Assembly: GCA_963736195.1 (NCBI GenBank) | Contig: CAVTNP010000004.1 | Span: forward strand, 1,229,153-1,293,152 | DNA length: 64,000 nucleotides | Reading direction: 5' to 3' | Origin: Ignavibacteriota bacterium | Lineage (GTDB): Bacteria > Bacteroidota > Ignavibacteria > Palsa-1295 | Part shown: positions 1-8,984 of the stretch, piece by piece | Position numbering within the stretch: position 1 is the first letter of the stretch | How the letters are laid out: each line of letters opens with the position of its first letter | Notes under the pieces: model-generated | The model's input: only the letters and a program-made list of their open reading frames with translations | Databases searched by the model: none | Told to the model about the DNA's origin: nothing | Made by a program: the position numbers and the translations under genes

Positions 1-125
1 CCGTTCGGCGTTGTAAACGTCATGCCAATATCGCGAAGTTCGATCAGATCCTTCCCAGGAGGCGGCGGCACGACCTGCGGCACAGGGATACGCGGAGCGC
101 GAGTTGCAACGGGGGTGATTGCCAT
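1..125 (-). CDS. Partial CDS (N-terminal 41 codons; gene continues past window start), hypothetical
   Basis: Manual reverse-complement translation from ATG at 125-123 reads MAITPVATRAPRIPVPQVVPPPPGKDLIELRDIGMTFTTPN with no stop through position 1. It lies downstream and co-oriented with the permease gene, so probably the same operon. Confidence 0.25.
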   Translation of the reverse strand, partial: MAITPVATRAPRIPVPQVVPPPPGKDLIELRDIGMTFTTPN

Positions 126-137
126 ACGATGATTGGA

Positions 138-1046
138 TTATGCGTTACGTAAAATTTTATTTTCAGCTATCGAGAACACCGCAATGATAAAAAACAGCAC
201 ATACGCCACTGCGCAGGCATAGCCCATAGTATCCGCAGATTCAAATGCGTTAGAATAGACCTGATAGACGAGCGTAGTCGTGCGTCCCAGCGGACCGCCG
301 CGCGTCATCACATATATTTCTGTAAACACCTGGAAGCTTTTGATCGTGTTCAGTACCAGCGCAAACAGCAGCGTAGGCCGGATGAGTGGAAGCGTTACCG
401 TAAAAAACTGTTTCCACTTCGGTGTTCCTTCGAGTTCTGCGACTTCGTAATAATCTTTCGATACTCCTTGCATCGCAGCAAGAAACAGCACGGCGTAATA
501 TCCGATCGAGATCCAGATATCCATCGCCATGATCGCTGGCAACGCAAGCCCCGGCTCCAACAGCCAGCCGCGCGCAGGCGCTCCAAAACCCGCCATCGTT
601 AACAGAGAATTAATATAGCCGCCGGAGCCATACAAATTCGTGAAAATGAGCGCAATAACCACAAGGGACGTAACGCTCGGTAAAAAAAGTGCGGATCGGT
701 AAAAATGTTGGAATCGCTCGACCCGTACTAATAGAGCTGCAAACAATAGCGCAAAGATCATCGTAAACGGAATTGTCCCGATCACAAATATTCCGGTATT
801 CAACAATGCCTGCCAAAAGATGGGATCGTGCGCCAATTTTATGTAGTTCCCGAACCCGATCCACACTGTTCGATTCGTCAGCGTGTAATACTTCGTGAAA
901 GAAAGATACAGCGCATAGATCAGCGGATACCCCCAGAATAGCACCAGCGTAATAACCCACGGCGCAAGCAGCAACCAGGTTTCGACGCTCCCCCTCCTAA
1001 AGAAGGAGGGGGAAGGAGGGTGGTTAGGTGTGATAGACATTGCCAC
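138..1046 (-). CDS. Carbohydrate-type ABC transporter permease (MalF/UgpA-like, binding-protein-dependent inner membrane component)
   Basis: 302 aa, multiple TM helices. Permease signature region is TLPLIRPTLLFALVLNTIKSFQVFTEIYVMTRGGP. The ORF starts with GTG at 1046; an ATG lies at 1040. The first ~20 codons are encoded by a GC-rich palindromic element. Confidence 0.8.
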   Translation of the reverse strand: MAMSITPNHPPSPSFFRRGSVETWLLLAPWVITLVLFWGYPLIYALYLSFTKYYTLTNRTVWIGFGNYIKLAHDPIFWQALLNTGIFVIGTIPFTMIFALLFAALLVRVERFQHFYRSALFLPSVTSLVVIALIFTNLYGSGGYINSLLTMAGFGAPARGWLLEPGLALPAIMAMDIWISIGYYAVLFLAAMQGVSKDYYEVAELEGTPKWKQFFTVTLPLIRPTLLFALVLNTIKSFQVFTEIYVMTRGGPLGRTTTLVYQVYSNAFESADTMGYACAVAYVLFFIIAVFSIAENKILRNA

Positions 1047-1075
1047 CCCCTTCCCCCTCCCTCTTTAGGATGGGG
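990..1075. repeat. GC-rich palindromic element copy A (CCCCTCC-loop-GGAGGGG hairpin arms, ~30 bp imperfect inverted repeat around the loop TTAGGTGTGATAGACATTG)
   Basis: Seen directly. Left arm cccctcctaaagaaggagggggaaggagggtgg is the near reverse-complement of right arm ccacccccttccccctccctctttaggatgggg. It shares an ordered set of blocks with the element at 1846-1965. Confidence 0.7.
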
Positions 1076-1722
1076 TGAAAGAATAGATCCGGCGCGAATG
1101 ATTTCAACGCCAGGTACAAACTGCACAGTGGCAAACCTACTACATTATAATAATCGCCATCGATGCGCTCGACGAACACCGCGCCGAAATCTTCCTGAAT
1201 GCCATACGCGCCTGCTTTATCCATCGGTGAACCTGTTGCGATATAGTCCTGAATTTCGTTTATTTCAAGTTTGCGAAAGGTCACGTCCGTTGCTTCGACA
1301 AAGGAGAGTTCCTGCTTCGTTTGGATGTCATATAAAGCGACTCCGGTATAGACCGTATGCGTCCTGCCGCTTAACGCAAGCAGCATGCGCTCGGCATCCT
1401 CCGCATCGACTGGCTTTTCGAGCATCGTGCCAGCGATCCAAACCGTTGTATCAGCGCCAAGCACTATTCCTGGCGCGCCGCTTAATTCCTCTGAAACGCT
1501 CAACTGCTCTGCCACGCTCAACTGCTCGGCCACGCTCAACTGCTCGGCAACGCTCTGTGCTTTATGCCTCGCCAGCCGCTCGACATTTTCTGCAGGTCCC
1601 TGCGCAGGATCCATCACCTCATGCAGGTTCGCCGGACGAATGTTAATCCGCTTTACCCCAAGCAGCTTCACGAGCGAAGCCCGACGTGGCGATTGCGATG
1701 CAAGAAAAAGAGTGCGCAGCAT
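1024..1722 (-). CDS. maf: Maf-like nucleoside triphosphate pyrophosphatase / septum formation protein
   Basis: MLRTLFLASQSPRR...LGADTTV...YGIQ...NVVGLP are Maf family hallmarks. The ORF-track start at 1788 is probably too far upstream; the internal Met at 1722 gives a canonical Maf N-terminus. The gene carries an in-frame (SVAEQL)x3 tandem repeat, and its 3' end reads through a palindromic element. Confidence 0.8.
   Translation of the reverse strand: MLRTLFLASQSPRRASLVKLLGVKRINIRPANLHEVMDPAQGPAENVERLARHKAQSVAEQLSVAEQLSVAEQLSVSEELSGAPGIVLGADTTVWIAGTMLEKPVDAEDAERMLLALSGRTHTVYTGVALYDIQTKQELSFVEATDVTFRKLEINEIQDYIATGSPMDKAGAYGIQEDFGAVFVERIDGDYYNVVGLPLCSLYLALKSFAPDLFFHPILKREGEGGGNVYHT
1497..1550. 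repeat. 18-nt in-frame tandem repeat x3 inside maf (encodes SVAEQL x3)
   Basis: gctcaactgctctgccac / gctcaactgctcggccac / gctcaactgctcggcaac in direct tandem. Confidence 0.85.
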
Positions 1723-1845
1723 TATTCTGCAAAAATACGCTTCTTCTTGCACGGTCTGGCTGAAATGCCCGTCGCGGTGGATTAGCATACATCTGGCACA
1801 GCAAGAGCCAATCGCATAAATCCCTCAATAATATCGAGTTCACTG

Positions 1846-1965
1846 AATCCCCCCGCCTTTCCAAGGCGGGGGTTGGGGGGTGGTTGGGTGCATTTGGATG
1901 AAATTGCGATTGCGGTTAATTCAGGACCCCCCCTGCCCCCTCCTTCTTGAGGAGGGGGAGTAATT
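1846..1965. repeat. GC-rich palindromic element copy B (homologous to 990-1075), in the maf upstream intergenic region
   Basis: It shares ordered blocks with copy A: hairpin ccccgcc-tttccaa-ggcgggg, then ggtggttgggtg (copy A has ggtggttaggtg), then ccccccc tgccccctcc, then hairpin cccctcc-ttcttga-ggagggg. A G-rich run ggcgggggttggggggtggttgggtg is also present. Confidence 0.65.
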
Positions 1966-2044
1966 CAGTGAACGCATCTCATGAATCTCAGTCCGGGTAG
2001 CGGGCACTTTTACCTTCCCGCGCGGCTTTCCATAGCATATCGCC

Positions 2045-4198
2045 ATGTTCCCGAAACGGCTTCTTGTACTCACCCTCTTCGCCGCGCTCGCGGTGATGCC
2101 GCCGTGTGTTCTGCGTGCGCAGTGGGTGCAAACGAATGGGCCTTCGATGGGAAGTGTGGGTTGTTTTGTTTCGAGCGGTACGAATCTCTTTGCAGGAACT
2201 TACGGCGGTGGTGTTTTCCGTTCCACTGATTCAGGGATAACGTGGAAGGCAATTAATAATGGCTTGGCAAAGGGACTTGGAGCAGCGCTTATAATGAGTG
2301 GGAATTATCTATTCGAGGGGTCGAATGATGGGATCGTCTCCCGTTCTAGTGACACTGGAGCAAGCTGGACCGCCTGTCCGATGGGATTGGGGTCGCCTAT
2401 TTATTCATTTGCGGTTAACGGGCAGTATCTCTTTGCAGCGACTTTCGGCAACGGTATCTTTCGCTCCTCCGATAACGGCATGAGCTGGATAGCATTGAAT
2501 ACTGGATTTGATTATGAGCGTATTGAGGCACTTGCTAATCTAGGCTCATATATATTCGCCGCAACGGAAGAGGACGGTATCCTCCGTTCCTCGGACAATG
2601 GTACAACTTGGAGTCACGGCTCTGGGACATATCCCCCATATTACACGATTGCCGTGAGCGGCACGAGCCTGTTTACAGGGACTTCTCCGTCAGGCAGTCA
2701 ATCTGAAATTTCTGGCATATATCGCTCAACGGACAGTGGTTCAAGCTGGATCCAAGTTTGGAATGGTTCGATATCCCCCAATTTAAGGTCACTCACGATC
2801 CAAGCAATCGCCGCATTTGGGACAACGCTTTTCGCAAGCTCCGTGGGCACGGGGATTTACCGATCAACAAATAATGGTGTAAATTGGTATCCGGATACGA
2901 GTGGTTTGCCAGACCATTATATTGTTGACTTTGGCCAGATTGGTTCAAATCTGTTTGCCGGATCCGAATATAATGGAGTCTTTCGATCCATTGACAGCGG
3001 TGCTACCTGGACCGAAAGCAATAAGAATATGGCAAATGCTGATGTTCTTGCTCTTGTCCAGACTGACACTTTCCTTTTTGCGGGTACTGAATATCATGGA
3101 GTTTTTCGTTCTTCAGATGATGGTGAAACTTGGGCCGAGGTGGATAGCGGCTTGACGAGAGGATTTGTAGATGCTTTTGCAGCGCGTGGCGCGACTATCT
3201 TCGCGGCTACTGACGTTGGCGTCTTCGCTTCCTCGGACAACGGTTCAATATGGGTTGCACGCGAAAAAGGCTTGCCTGAACTTCGAGTTTATTCTCTTGC
3301 TGTTAATGACTCCTTTGTCTTTGCGGGAACTGATGGTGGAGGTGTCTTTCGTTCCTCCGACGATGGCAATACTTGGGCGCAAGTTAATAGTGGATTGACC
3401 GACGACACAGTATACTGTCTTGCTATCTATGGGCCATATCTGTTTGCAGGTACCTACAGCACTGACTTCTATACCGGCGGTAGCACACCGGGAGTCTTCC
3501 GTTCGAGCAATAACGGCGCAAGTTGGGTGCAATTTAGTACCGCACTGGTTGATAATAATATATACTCCCTATCTGCTCTCGGCAGATATGTATTCGCCGG
3601 AGGAAACGGAGTTTGCCGCTCCAGCGACAGCGGCGTGCATTGGGAGAGCGTTGACAGCGGATTGACTTATCTTGGGGTGGTCACCCTCAGTGTGGTTGGA
3701 TCTAATCTCTTTGTTGGAACTAACGCCGAGGGCATTTTCCATTCTACTGACAGCGGTTCGACCTGGACACCATTCGATAGTGGTCTCATAAATGAATATG
3801 TATATGCACTTGTGGCAAGCAAAACTAATCTCTTTGCCGGGACGCTTGGTGCAGGCGTTCTCCGCAGTCCCTTGTCTGAATTAGGAATCAGTTCAGTGGC
3901 CCAAACTCCGACGAACAATCCGGCCATTCGTTCCTACCCCAATCCCTTCTCTCAATCCACTGAAATCACCTTCACCTCGCAAGCTGCCGGGTATGCGGAG
4001 GTATCCATCGTGAATATGCTTGGCGTGGAGGTTGCGCGGCTGTTTTCGGGGGAGTTGGGTGCGGGTGAGCACAGCTTTATGTGGGGCAAGCCCACAGGCT
4101 TGCCCGATGGGGCGTATGAGTGCCTCGTCCGCATGAATGGGCAGATGGATGATCGCTCATCCACTGTGCAAACGCTGCCGGTGGTGTTGATGCGTTGA
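2045..4198 (+). CDS. Secreted BNR/Asp-box repeat beta-propeller protein with T9SS C-terminal sorting domain
   Basis: N-terminal signal peptide. More than 12 repeats of ~45 aa are present, each containing S-x-D-x-G-x-T-W (for example GVFRSSDDGNTW, IFRSSDNGMSW). The C-terminus YPNPFSQSTEITFTSQ...ECLVRMNGQMDDRSSTVQTLPVVLMR is a typical type A T9SS CTD. Confidence 0.7.
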   Translation: MFPKRLLVLTLFAALAVMPPCVLRAQWVQTNGPSMGSVGCFVSSGTNLFAGTYGGGVFRSTDSGITWKAINNGLAKGLGAALIMSGNYLFEGSNDGIVSRSSDTGASWTACPMGLGSPIYSFAVNGQYLFAATFGNGIFRSSDNGMSWIALNTGFDYERIEALANLGSYIFAATEEDGILRSSDNGTTWSHGSGTYPPYYTIAVSGTSLFTGTSPSGSQSEISGIYRSTDSGSSWIQVWNGSISPNLRSLTIQAIAAFGTTLFASSVGTGIYRSTNNGVNWYPDTSGLPDHYIVDFGQIGSNLFAGSEYNGVFRSIDSGATWTESNKNMANADVLALVQTDTFLFAGTEYHGVFRSSDDGETWAEVDSGLTRGFVDAFAARGATIFAATDVGVFASSDNGSIWVAREKGLPELRVYSLAVNDSFVFAGTDGGGVFRSSDDGNTWAQVNSGLTDDTVYCLAIYGPYLFAGTYSTDFYTGGSTPGVFRSSNNGASWVQFSTALVDNNIYSLSALGRYVFAGGNGVCRSSDSGVHWESVDSGLTYLGVVTLSVVGSNLFVGTNAEGIFHSTDSGSTWTPFDSGLINEYVYALVASKTNLFAGTLGAGVLRSPLSELGISSVAQTPTNNPAIRSYPNPFSQSTEITFTSQAAGYAEVSIVNMLGVEVARLFSGELGAGEHSFMWGKPTGLPDGAYECLVRMNGQMDDRSSTVQTLPVVLMR

Positions 4199-4213
4199 TC
4201 GAGAGGATGCAGC

Positions 4214-4507
4214 CTACGTTCGCTTGCGCCAGTACCCTGGCTTCCGTTTGGCATGAGCAAAGGCATATACCCTCACAGTATCGCCAATGCATTCGTAAAT
4301 AAGGACGAAGGGATATGGGGCAAGAACCTTCGATCGAATGTTCTTTTCAGCCTTTGCAAATCGCTCCGGGAACTCGGTGATTTCTTCGAGCGCCGCAGCG
4401 ACGGAAAGACGGAATTCGTTGGCGACGCCCTCGCCGAATTCTAGCGTTGTGTACGCTTCGGCCTCCAGCAATTCCCGCAATGCTTCAGGATCGACCCGGA
4501 GCTTCAC
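4214..4507 (-). CDS. Type II toxin, RelE/ParE family
   Basis: 97 aa. MKLRVDPEALRELLEAEAY...FPERF...YPFVLIYECIGDTVRVYAFAHAKRKPGYW matches the ParE/RelE fold pattern. It overlaps the upstream antitoxin ORF by 4 nt. Confidence 0.7.
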   Translation of the reverse strand: MKLRVDPEALRELLEAEAYTTLEFGEGVANEFRLSVAAALEEITEFPERFAKAEKNIRSKVLAPYPFVLIYECIGDTVRVYAFAHAKRKPGYWRKRT

Positions 4508-4728
4508 TGATTCGCTCGCTCGCGGAGGCCACGAATCACTTCATTTCCATCGATACCCTCAACAGATCCAGAGTCCCAGGCGGCCTTCCGGCGCTCAGCC
4601 TCACCCAACCATGAGCGCATAATTTCATCTCCGGGCACACTTTCGTATAACCTCTCAGCAATTTGCAACCGTTCTTCGGGAGGTAACTGCAATCCTTCCT
4701 GAATGATGGTTTCTACTTCTCTAAACAT
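4504..4728 (-). CDS. Antitoxin, putative addiction module component (TIGR02574-like)
   Basis: 74 aa. LQLPPEERLQIAERLYESV...RRKAAWDSGSVEGIDGNEVIRGLRER is the classic pattern of this antitoxin family. It lies immediately upstream of, and is translationally coupled to, the ParE-like gene. Confidence 0.6.
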   Translation of the reverse strand: MFREVETIIQEGLQLPPEERLQIAERLYESVPGDEIMRSWLGEAERRKAAWDSGSVEGIDGNEVIRGLRERANQ

Positions 4729-4825
4729 AGAATCTCAACCCTTACATGGGTTGGTTAGTGCCGCATCATGGTTCAGACATTATCCCCTTCCGAACGAAGC
4801 ACTGCCTGCGGCGCGTTATCTCCAA

Positions 4826-5248
4826 ATGTCATTCGAGATGGATGGAAATGCGGATGATATTCGCCAGCCGAAGGGATCATCGGTGGTGCGGCTATCGCGT
4901 ATCGAGCTTGCGAAGCTTGGCGAGGAGCATGCTGCGAAGCTTGTGGCTTCGCTGGGCTACCGCATCGTGAAGAGAAATTTCCGGTTCGGTAAAGTAGGCG
5001 AGATCGATATTGTTGCCTACGATGGCGAATGCTTGGTTTTCGTCGAAGTGAAGGCACGTCAGGATCATAGCCATGGCACGCCGGAAGCTTCTGTAGATTT
5101 TCGGAAGCAAGCGCAGTTAAAGCGTGTTGCCCGAGCGTATTATTACGTGAATGCCATTCAGGAAGCCGTCTGCCGATTCGATGTGGTGGCCGTTGATATT
5201 TTTGGAAAGAAAGTGGATATTCGTCATCATAAAAATGCGTTTTATTGA
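4826..5248 (+). CDS. yraN: YraN family (UPF0102) predicted endonuclease
   Basis: GEEHAAKLVASLGYRIVKRNFRFGKVGEIDIVAY...LVFVEVKAR...RFDVVAV are YraN motifs (GEIDLI, VFVEVR, RFDVVA). The ORF-track entry begins at 4703; an internal Met near 4826 gives a family-typical length of about 140 aa. Confidence 0.7.
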   Translation: MSFEMDGNADDIRQPKGSSVVRLSRIELAKLGEEHAAKLVASLGYRIVKRNFRFGKVGEIDIVAYDGECLVFVEVKARQDHSHGTPEASVDFRKQAQLKRVARAYYYVNAIQEAVCRFDVVAVDIFGKKVDIRHHKNAFY

Positions 5249-5271
5249 TCCATGACTGCCCAGTTTAATCC

Positions 5272-5934
5272 ATGACGGACGTTATTATGCTCTCCGATAT
5301 TCTCGTGCGGAACGGGGAACTCCGTATTCTGGATGGTTTCGCGCTTCGCGTCGAAAAGGGAAGTTTGCGTGTACTGCTTGGTTCCGGTGGCTCAGGAAAA
5401 ACGACGATCTTCAAGCTTTTGTCCGGCGAGATAAACCCAGAGCGTGGTGAAGTGATCGTTGGCGGCGAGGATGTAACCTTGCTTAAGCGTAACAAGCTCG
5501 CAAAATTTCGACGGTCTGTTGGGGTGATCTCGCAGGATGAACCGCCGCTTGAGACCCGAACGGTCGAGGAGCAAATCGCATTACCTCTGGAGATCGATGG
5601 GATGAATGCGGCACGGCGTCATGCGCAAATCGAGGCAGTGATCGAACGGTTCGGATTGCAATCGGCACGGACTCGAAAGCCGGCTTCGCTTTCGAGAAGC
5701 GAACGCCAGCGGGTTGCGATAGCGCGTGCTGTCGTTCGGGAACCGCTTGTATTGCTCGCCGATGAGCCGGCCGCACATTTGGATTTGAAAGATTCGCAAG
5801 AGATCGCTCAACTATTGCTTCATGAAAATCTGCGTGGCATGACGGTTCTGATCGGCACCAGCGATGAGCATTTTGCTTCGAATTTCCCGCAGGCAGCGAT
5901 CCACCACATGGAAGCTCAGAGCTTACAATCTTAA
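5272..5934 (+). CDS. ABC transporter ATP-binding protein, FtsE-like
   Basis: Walker A is GSGGSGKTT. ABC signature is LSRSERQRVAIARA. Walker B is LLLADEP. The run RRSVGVISQD resembles FtsE. No ftsX follows. Confidence 0.65.
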   Translation: MTDVIMLSDILVRNGELRILDGFALRVEKGSLRVLLGSGGSGKTTIFKLLSGEINPERGEVIVGGEDVTLLKRNKLAKFRRSVGVISQDEPPLETRTVEEQIALPLEIDGMNAARRHAQIEAVIERFGLQSARTRKPASLSRSERQRVAIARAVVREPLVLLADEPAAHLDLKDSQEIAQLLLHENLRGMTVLIGTSDEHFASNFPQAAIHHMEAQSLQS

Positions 5935-6028
5935 AATCGACCTTTTTAGCACGGAGCCGAGTAGTCATTCTGGCTGTTCAACAGAATGTCATTCGACGAA
6001 GCAATCCATTGAGATTGCGTTTGCATTT

Positions 6029-6607
6029 ATGAGATTGCTTCACCGTCCATCTTGGATACCTCGCAATGACGATTTTGAGAATCACTTAACTATATTTTCA
6101 GGGATCAGGAACTCATTGGAAACTTTCAATCGAATAAAGGGTGTGCTGGATGGCCGCGAACTACGTGTGGGCATCGTCGTGAGCCGTTGGAACGAAGAGA
6201 TCACGAACAATCTGCTAAATGGCGCTTTACGTGGCCTTATCGCATGTGGCGTGCCCACCGATCAAATAACCATCCTCGAAGTACCCGGCGCGCTGGAAAT
6301 TCCGATTGCCGCTGAACGAATGGCCGCAATGGGGATGGATGCTGTGGTCGCAATAGGCTGTGTGATCAAGGGTGAAACAGCCCATTTTGAGCATGTTAGC
6401 AGGCTCGCCCTCGATGGCATCGCTGCAATTTCCAGGGACTACGAAATACCCGTAACTTGCGGGATTCTGACCACGTATGACCTCGCTCAAGCAGTCGCGC
6501 GGTCAGGCCCGGACGAGGATAACGCCGGCAGTCAGGCAGCGCTCGCCGCGGTCGAAACCACAAATCTTCTCCGTTCGGCGGAGATTGGGAACTCCGCCTA
6601 TTTATGA
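6029..6607 (+). CDS. ribH: 6,7-dimethyl-8-ribityllumazine synthase
   Basis: LRVGIVVSRWNEEITNNLLNGA...EVPGALEIPIAAERMA...DAVVAIGCVIKGETAHFEHV...GILTTYDLAQAVARSG is a strong RibH signature. The start is uncertain: ATG at 6029, TTG at 6116 or GTG at 6143. The ORF-track start at 5864 overlaps ftsE-like and is unlikely. Confidence 0.85.
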   Translation: MRLLHRPSWIPRNDDFENHLTIFSGIRNSLETFNRIKGVLDGRELRVGIVVSRWNEEITNNLLNGALRGLIACGVPTDQITILEVPGALEIPIAAERMAAMGMDAVVAIGCVIKGETAHFEHVSRLALDGIAAISRDYEIPVTCGILTTYDLAQAVARSGPDEDNAGSQAALAAVETTNLLRSAEIGNSAYL

Positions 6608-6617
6608 TACTTTTCAG

Positions 6618-8915
6618 ATGCGCATTTTATTAGCATACGTTCTTACACTCCTTCTCATCGTGCCACCGTCGGGTCGGTCGCAGACGCTGAAGCCAGGTCA
6701 GTGGCAGACCTACACTTCCATGCGCGCTGTGGCAGATATTGCGATCAGTGCCGATTCGAACTATGTGTGGGCAGCGACCGGCGGCGGAGTATTCCGTGCA
6801 GATCTGCACAATGCGCAGGCGGCGCCACTTGCGCTTCACACCACTGAGGGACTGACCGAGAATGATGTTACCTCCGTTGCAGCAGACACCCATGGTAATA
6901 TCTATTTTGGCGAGGGTGGTGGCGGATTCGATATTTATGACACCGCAAGCGGGACGATTCACCGTTTGAGTGACATCAAGGATCAGAATTATTCCAATGC
7001 ATCGATCGACGGTATTACTATTTTCCGCGACACTGTGTATCTTGCGACGGCTTATGGCATTACCGTTTATCTTCCACAAAAAGGAGTCTTCGGCTACACC
7101 GCGACCCAGCTTGCATCGCTACCGCAGCAGGATAGTGTGCGGCAAGTCATCGACGATGGCACCTTTGTGTATGCTGCAATGCATGAGGGAATTGTCTGGG
7201 CACGGAACTCCTCGGATCTCCATGCCAGCACAAGCTGGACTTTCCTTCCCGATACCGGCGGATCCGTGCGTGCGATTGCGAATTTTAACGGCAAGATATA
7301 CGCCGGTGCGCTCAATGGCCTCTTTGCGATCGTGCCCGGCATCGATTCCCTTGTGAGAGTTCCACTTCAGAATTCGCTTGGTGTGAGCCGCATGTTGGTG
7401 GCTAATGACTCGCTGTATCTCTTGGATACTGCCGGGAACGTATATTCCACACAGGATATGATCCATCTTTCAACTGGTTTGATCAATCCGGTTGCCGGTG
7501 AGACGGTGTCGGCAATTGCCTTCTGCTCGAATAACGGCATTATTACTGGTTCCCTTGCTAATGGTCTCTCGTTTTCGGTGGATCAATCGGTTCGAAATAA
7601 TATTTACCCGCCGGGCCCTATCATCAATAGCACCGTTTTCCTGCATTTCGCTACGGCCACCGACCAGCTTTACGTTACAAATTTCAGTGCAGGTTTCGAT
7701 GTGTTCCAACCAGCCACTGATGTGTGGCAAGACTATCAAAGTGGAGTCGGCACTACACCGTCGAGTTCCTACTATAAAGTATTGTATGATTCGATCCGTC
7801 ATGTAACCTGGCTTTCGACGTTTCTTGGCCCACTCTACAAAGTGGACTCGCTTGGTTCGAGTTCGAGCCAGCCGGTCTGGACCGGTTTTGATGGCACCCA
7901 AATTCCAAACTTCAGTGGGCCGGGTAGCAGCAGCGTAACAAGCGGAATGATGTTGGATGCTGCCGGAAATTTTGTAGTAACCGATTGGGCTGCGAGCGGT
8001 CAGGGCCTTTGCATTTCAAGCGACGGGAGCCATTTCAACTTCTACAGGCTTGGCAATACTGGTGCGGAACCCTGGGGTTGCGTAACTCAGGATTTTAACG
8101 GCAATTATTGGGTGGGCAATGAGGAACACCAACAACCCGCATCGAATGGTTTGTATTGGTACGACACTACCACAGGCGCCGCCGGAAATCTCCAGGGCGG
8201 TTCCAGCGGGACGCTCGGGCCTGCCGTGGATGGAACCCAGATCGTGAATGCCGTTCTCACCGATCAGGATGATGGCATTTGGTGCGGAACCGAAGGCGGC
8301 GTTGAGATCGTATCCGATCCTGAATGGATCGCTCAAGGCGTAAATCCAACTTCCATTCGCAGCGTACAATTTACGGCAAATCAGGTGGTGCATACCATGG
8401 TGGTCGATGGGGTCGGCAATAAATGGGTGGGAACCGAAAATGGTATCTTCGTAGTCTCCCCCGATGGCTCCGACAGCATCGCGCATTTTACTGCAGAGAA
8501 TTCCCCACTGATCGACGACAAAGTTGTTGCACTGGCAATCGACCCCATTCGTGGGGAAGCCTACGCCGGCACTGCCTCGGGTATCTCCCGATTCAGCACC
8601 ATTTTTAAGCAGGGGCAGCCTGACTATACCCACATTCGCGTATATCCTAATCCTGTCGTCCAAACGGCTGAGCAAAGCCCGATGGTGTCTATCGATGGCT
8701 TGGTGGCCGGATCGACCGTACAAATTTTCTCGCTCGCGGGGAAACTCATCAATACTATCGATGGCACAGCCCTTGGTTCCACCGTGCTCTGGAATGGTCG
8801 CGATGCGCTGGGGCGTCAGGTTCCCAGCGGCATGTATCTCGTCAGTGCAACCTCTCCACAAGCCGGAGGGAATGGTGAGACCAAAGTGATCATCGTTCGG
8901 AAGCCTTCCAATTGA
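6618..8915 (+). CDS. Secreted beta-propeller (two-component-regulator-propeller / YVTN-like repeats) protein with T9SS C-terminal sorting domain
   Basis: Signal peptide MRILLAYVLTLLLIVPPSGRSQT (internal Met at 6618). Propeller-like repeats follow. The C-terminus VYPNPVVQTAEQSPMVSIDGLVAGSTVQIFSLAGKLINTIDG...SGMYLVSATSPQAGGNGETKVIIVRKP is a T9SS CTD. Confidence 0.7.
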   Translation: MRILLAYVLTLLLIVPPSGRSQTLKPGQWQTYTSMRAVADIAISADSNYVWAATGGGVFRADLHNAQAAPLALHTTEGLTENDVTSVAADTHGNIYFGEGGGGFDIYDTASGTIHRLSDIKDQNYSNASIDGITIFRDTVYLATAYGITVYLPQKGVFGYTATQLASLPQQDSVRQVIDDGTFVYAAMHEGIVWARNSSDLHASTSWTFLPDTGGSVRAIANFNGKIYAGALNGLFAIVPGIDSLVRVPLQNSLGVSRMLVANDSLYLLDTAGNVYSTQDMIHLSTGLINPVAGETVSAIAFCSNNGIITGSLANGLSFSVDQSVRNNIYPPGPIINSTVFLHFATATDQLYVTNFSAGFDVFQPATDVWQDYQSGVGTTPSSSYYKVLYDSIRHVTWLSTFLGPLYKVDSLGSSSSQPVWTGFDGTQIPNFSGPGSSSVTSGMMLDAAGNFVVTDWAASGQGLCISSDGSHFNFYRLGNTGAEPWGCVTQDFNGNYWVGNEEHQQPASNGLYWYDTTTGAAGNLQGGSSGTLGPAVDGTQIVNAVLTDQDDGIWCGTEGGVEIVSDPEWIAQGVNPTSIRSVQFTANQVVHTMVVDGVGNKWVGTENGIFVVSPDGSDSIAHFTAENSPLIDDKVVALAIDPIRGEAYAGTASGISRFSTIFKQGQPDYTHIRVYPNPVVQTAEQSPMVSIDGLVAGSTVQIFSLAGKLINTIDGTALGSTVLWNGRDALGRQVPSGMYLVSATSPQAGGNGETKVIIVRKPSN

Positions 8916-8984
8916 AAGACATGGATTAAAGATCGCACGACACATAACCACCCTTGCCACTACCGCTGTTTTTATCTCCTACTA

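Noticed and set aside
395-1646. Several 60-200 aa ORFs (395..586, 610..960, 920..1126, 1020..1646, 1385..1819) overlapping maf and the ABC permease
   Set aside because: All are antisense or frame-shifted shadows of the two motif-supported genes. Their compositions are biased, being R-, P- or S-rich.
5935-6120. Possible FMN riboswitch or structured leader upstream of ribH (hairpin cattctg-gctgttcaa-cagaatg and gagattgc direct repeats)
   Set aside because: None of the conserved FMN-element sequence blocks I could recall are present. The hairpin may simply be the ftsE-like terminator. It is left unannotated.
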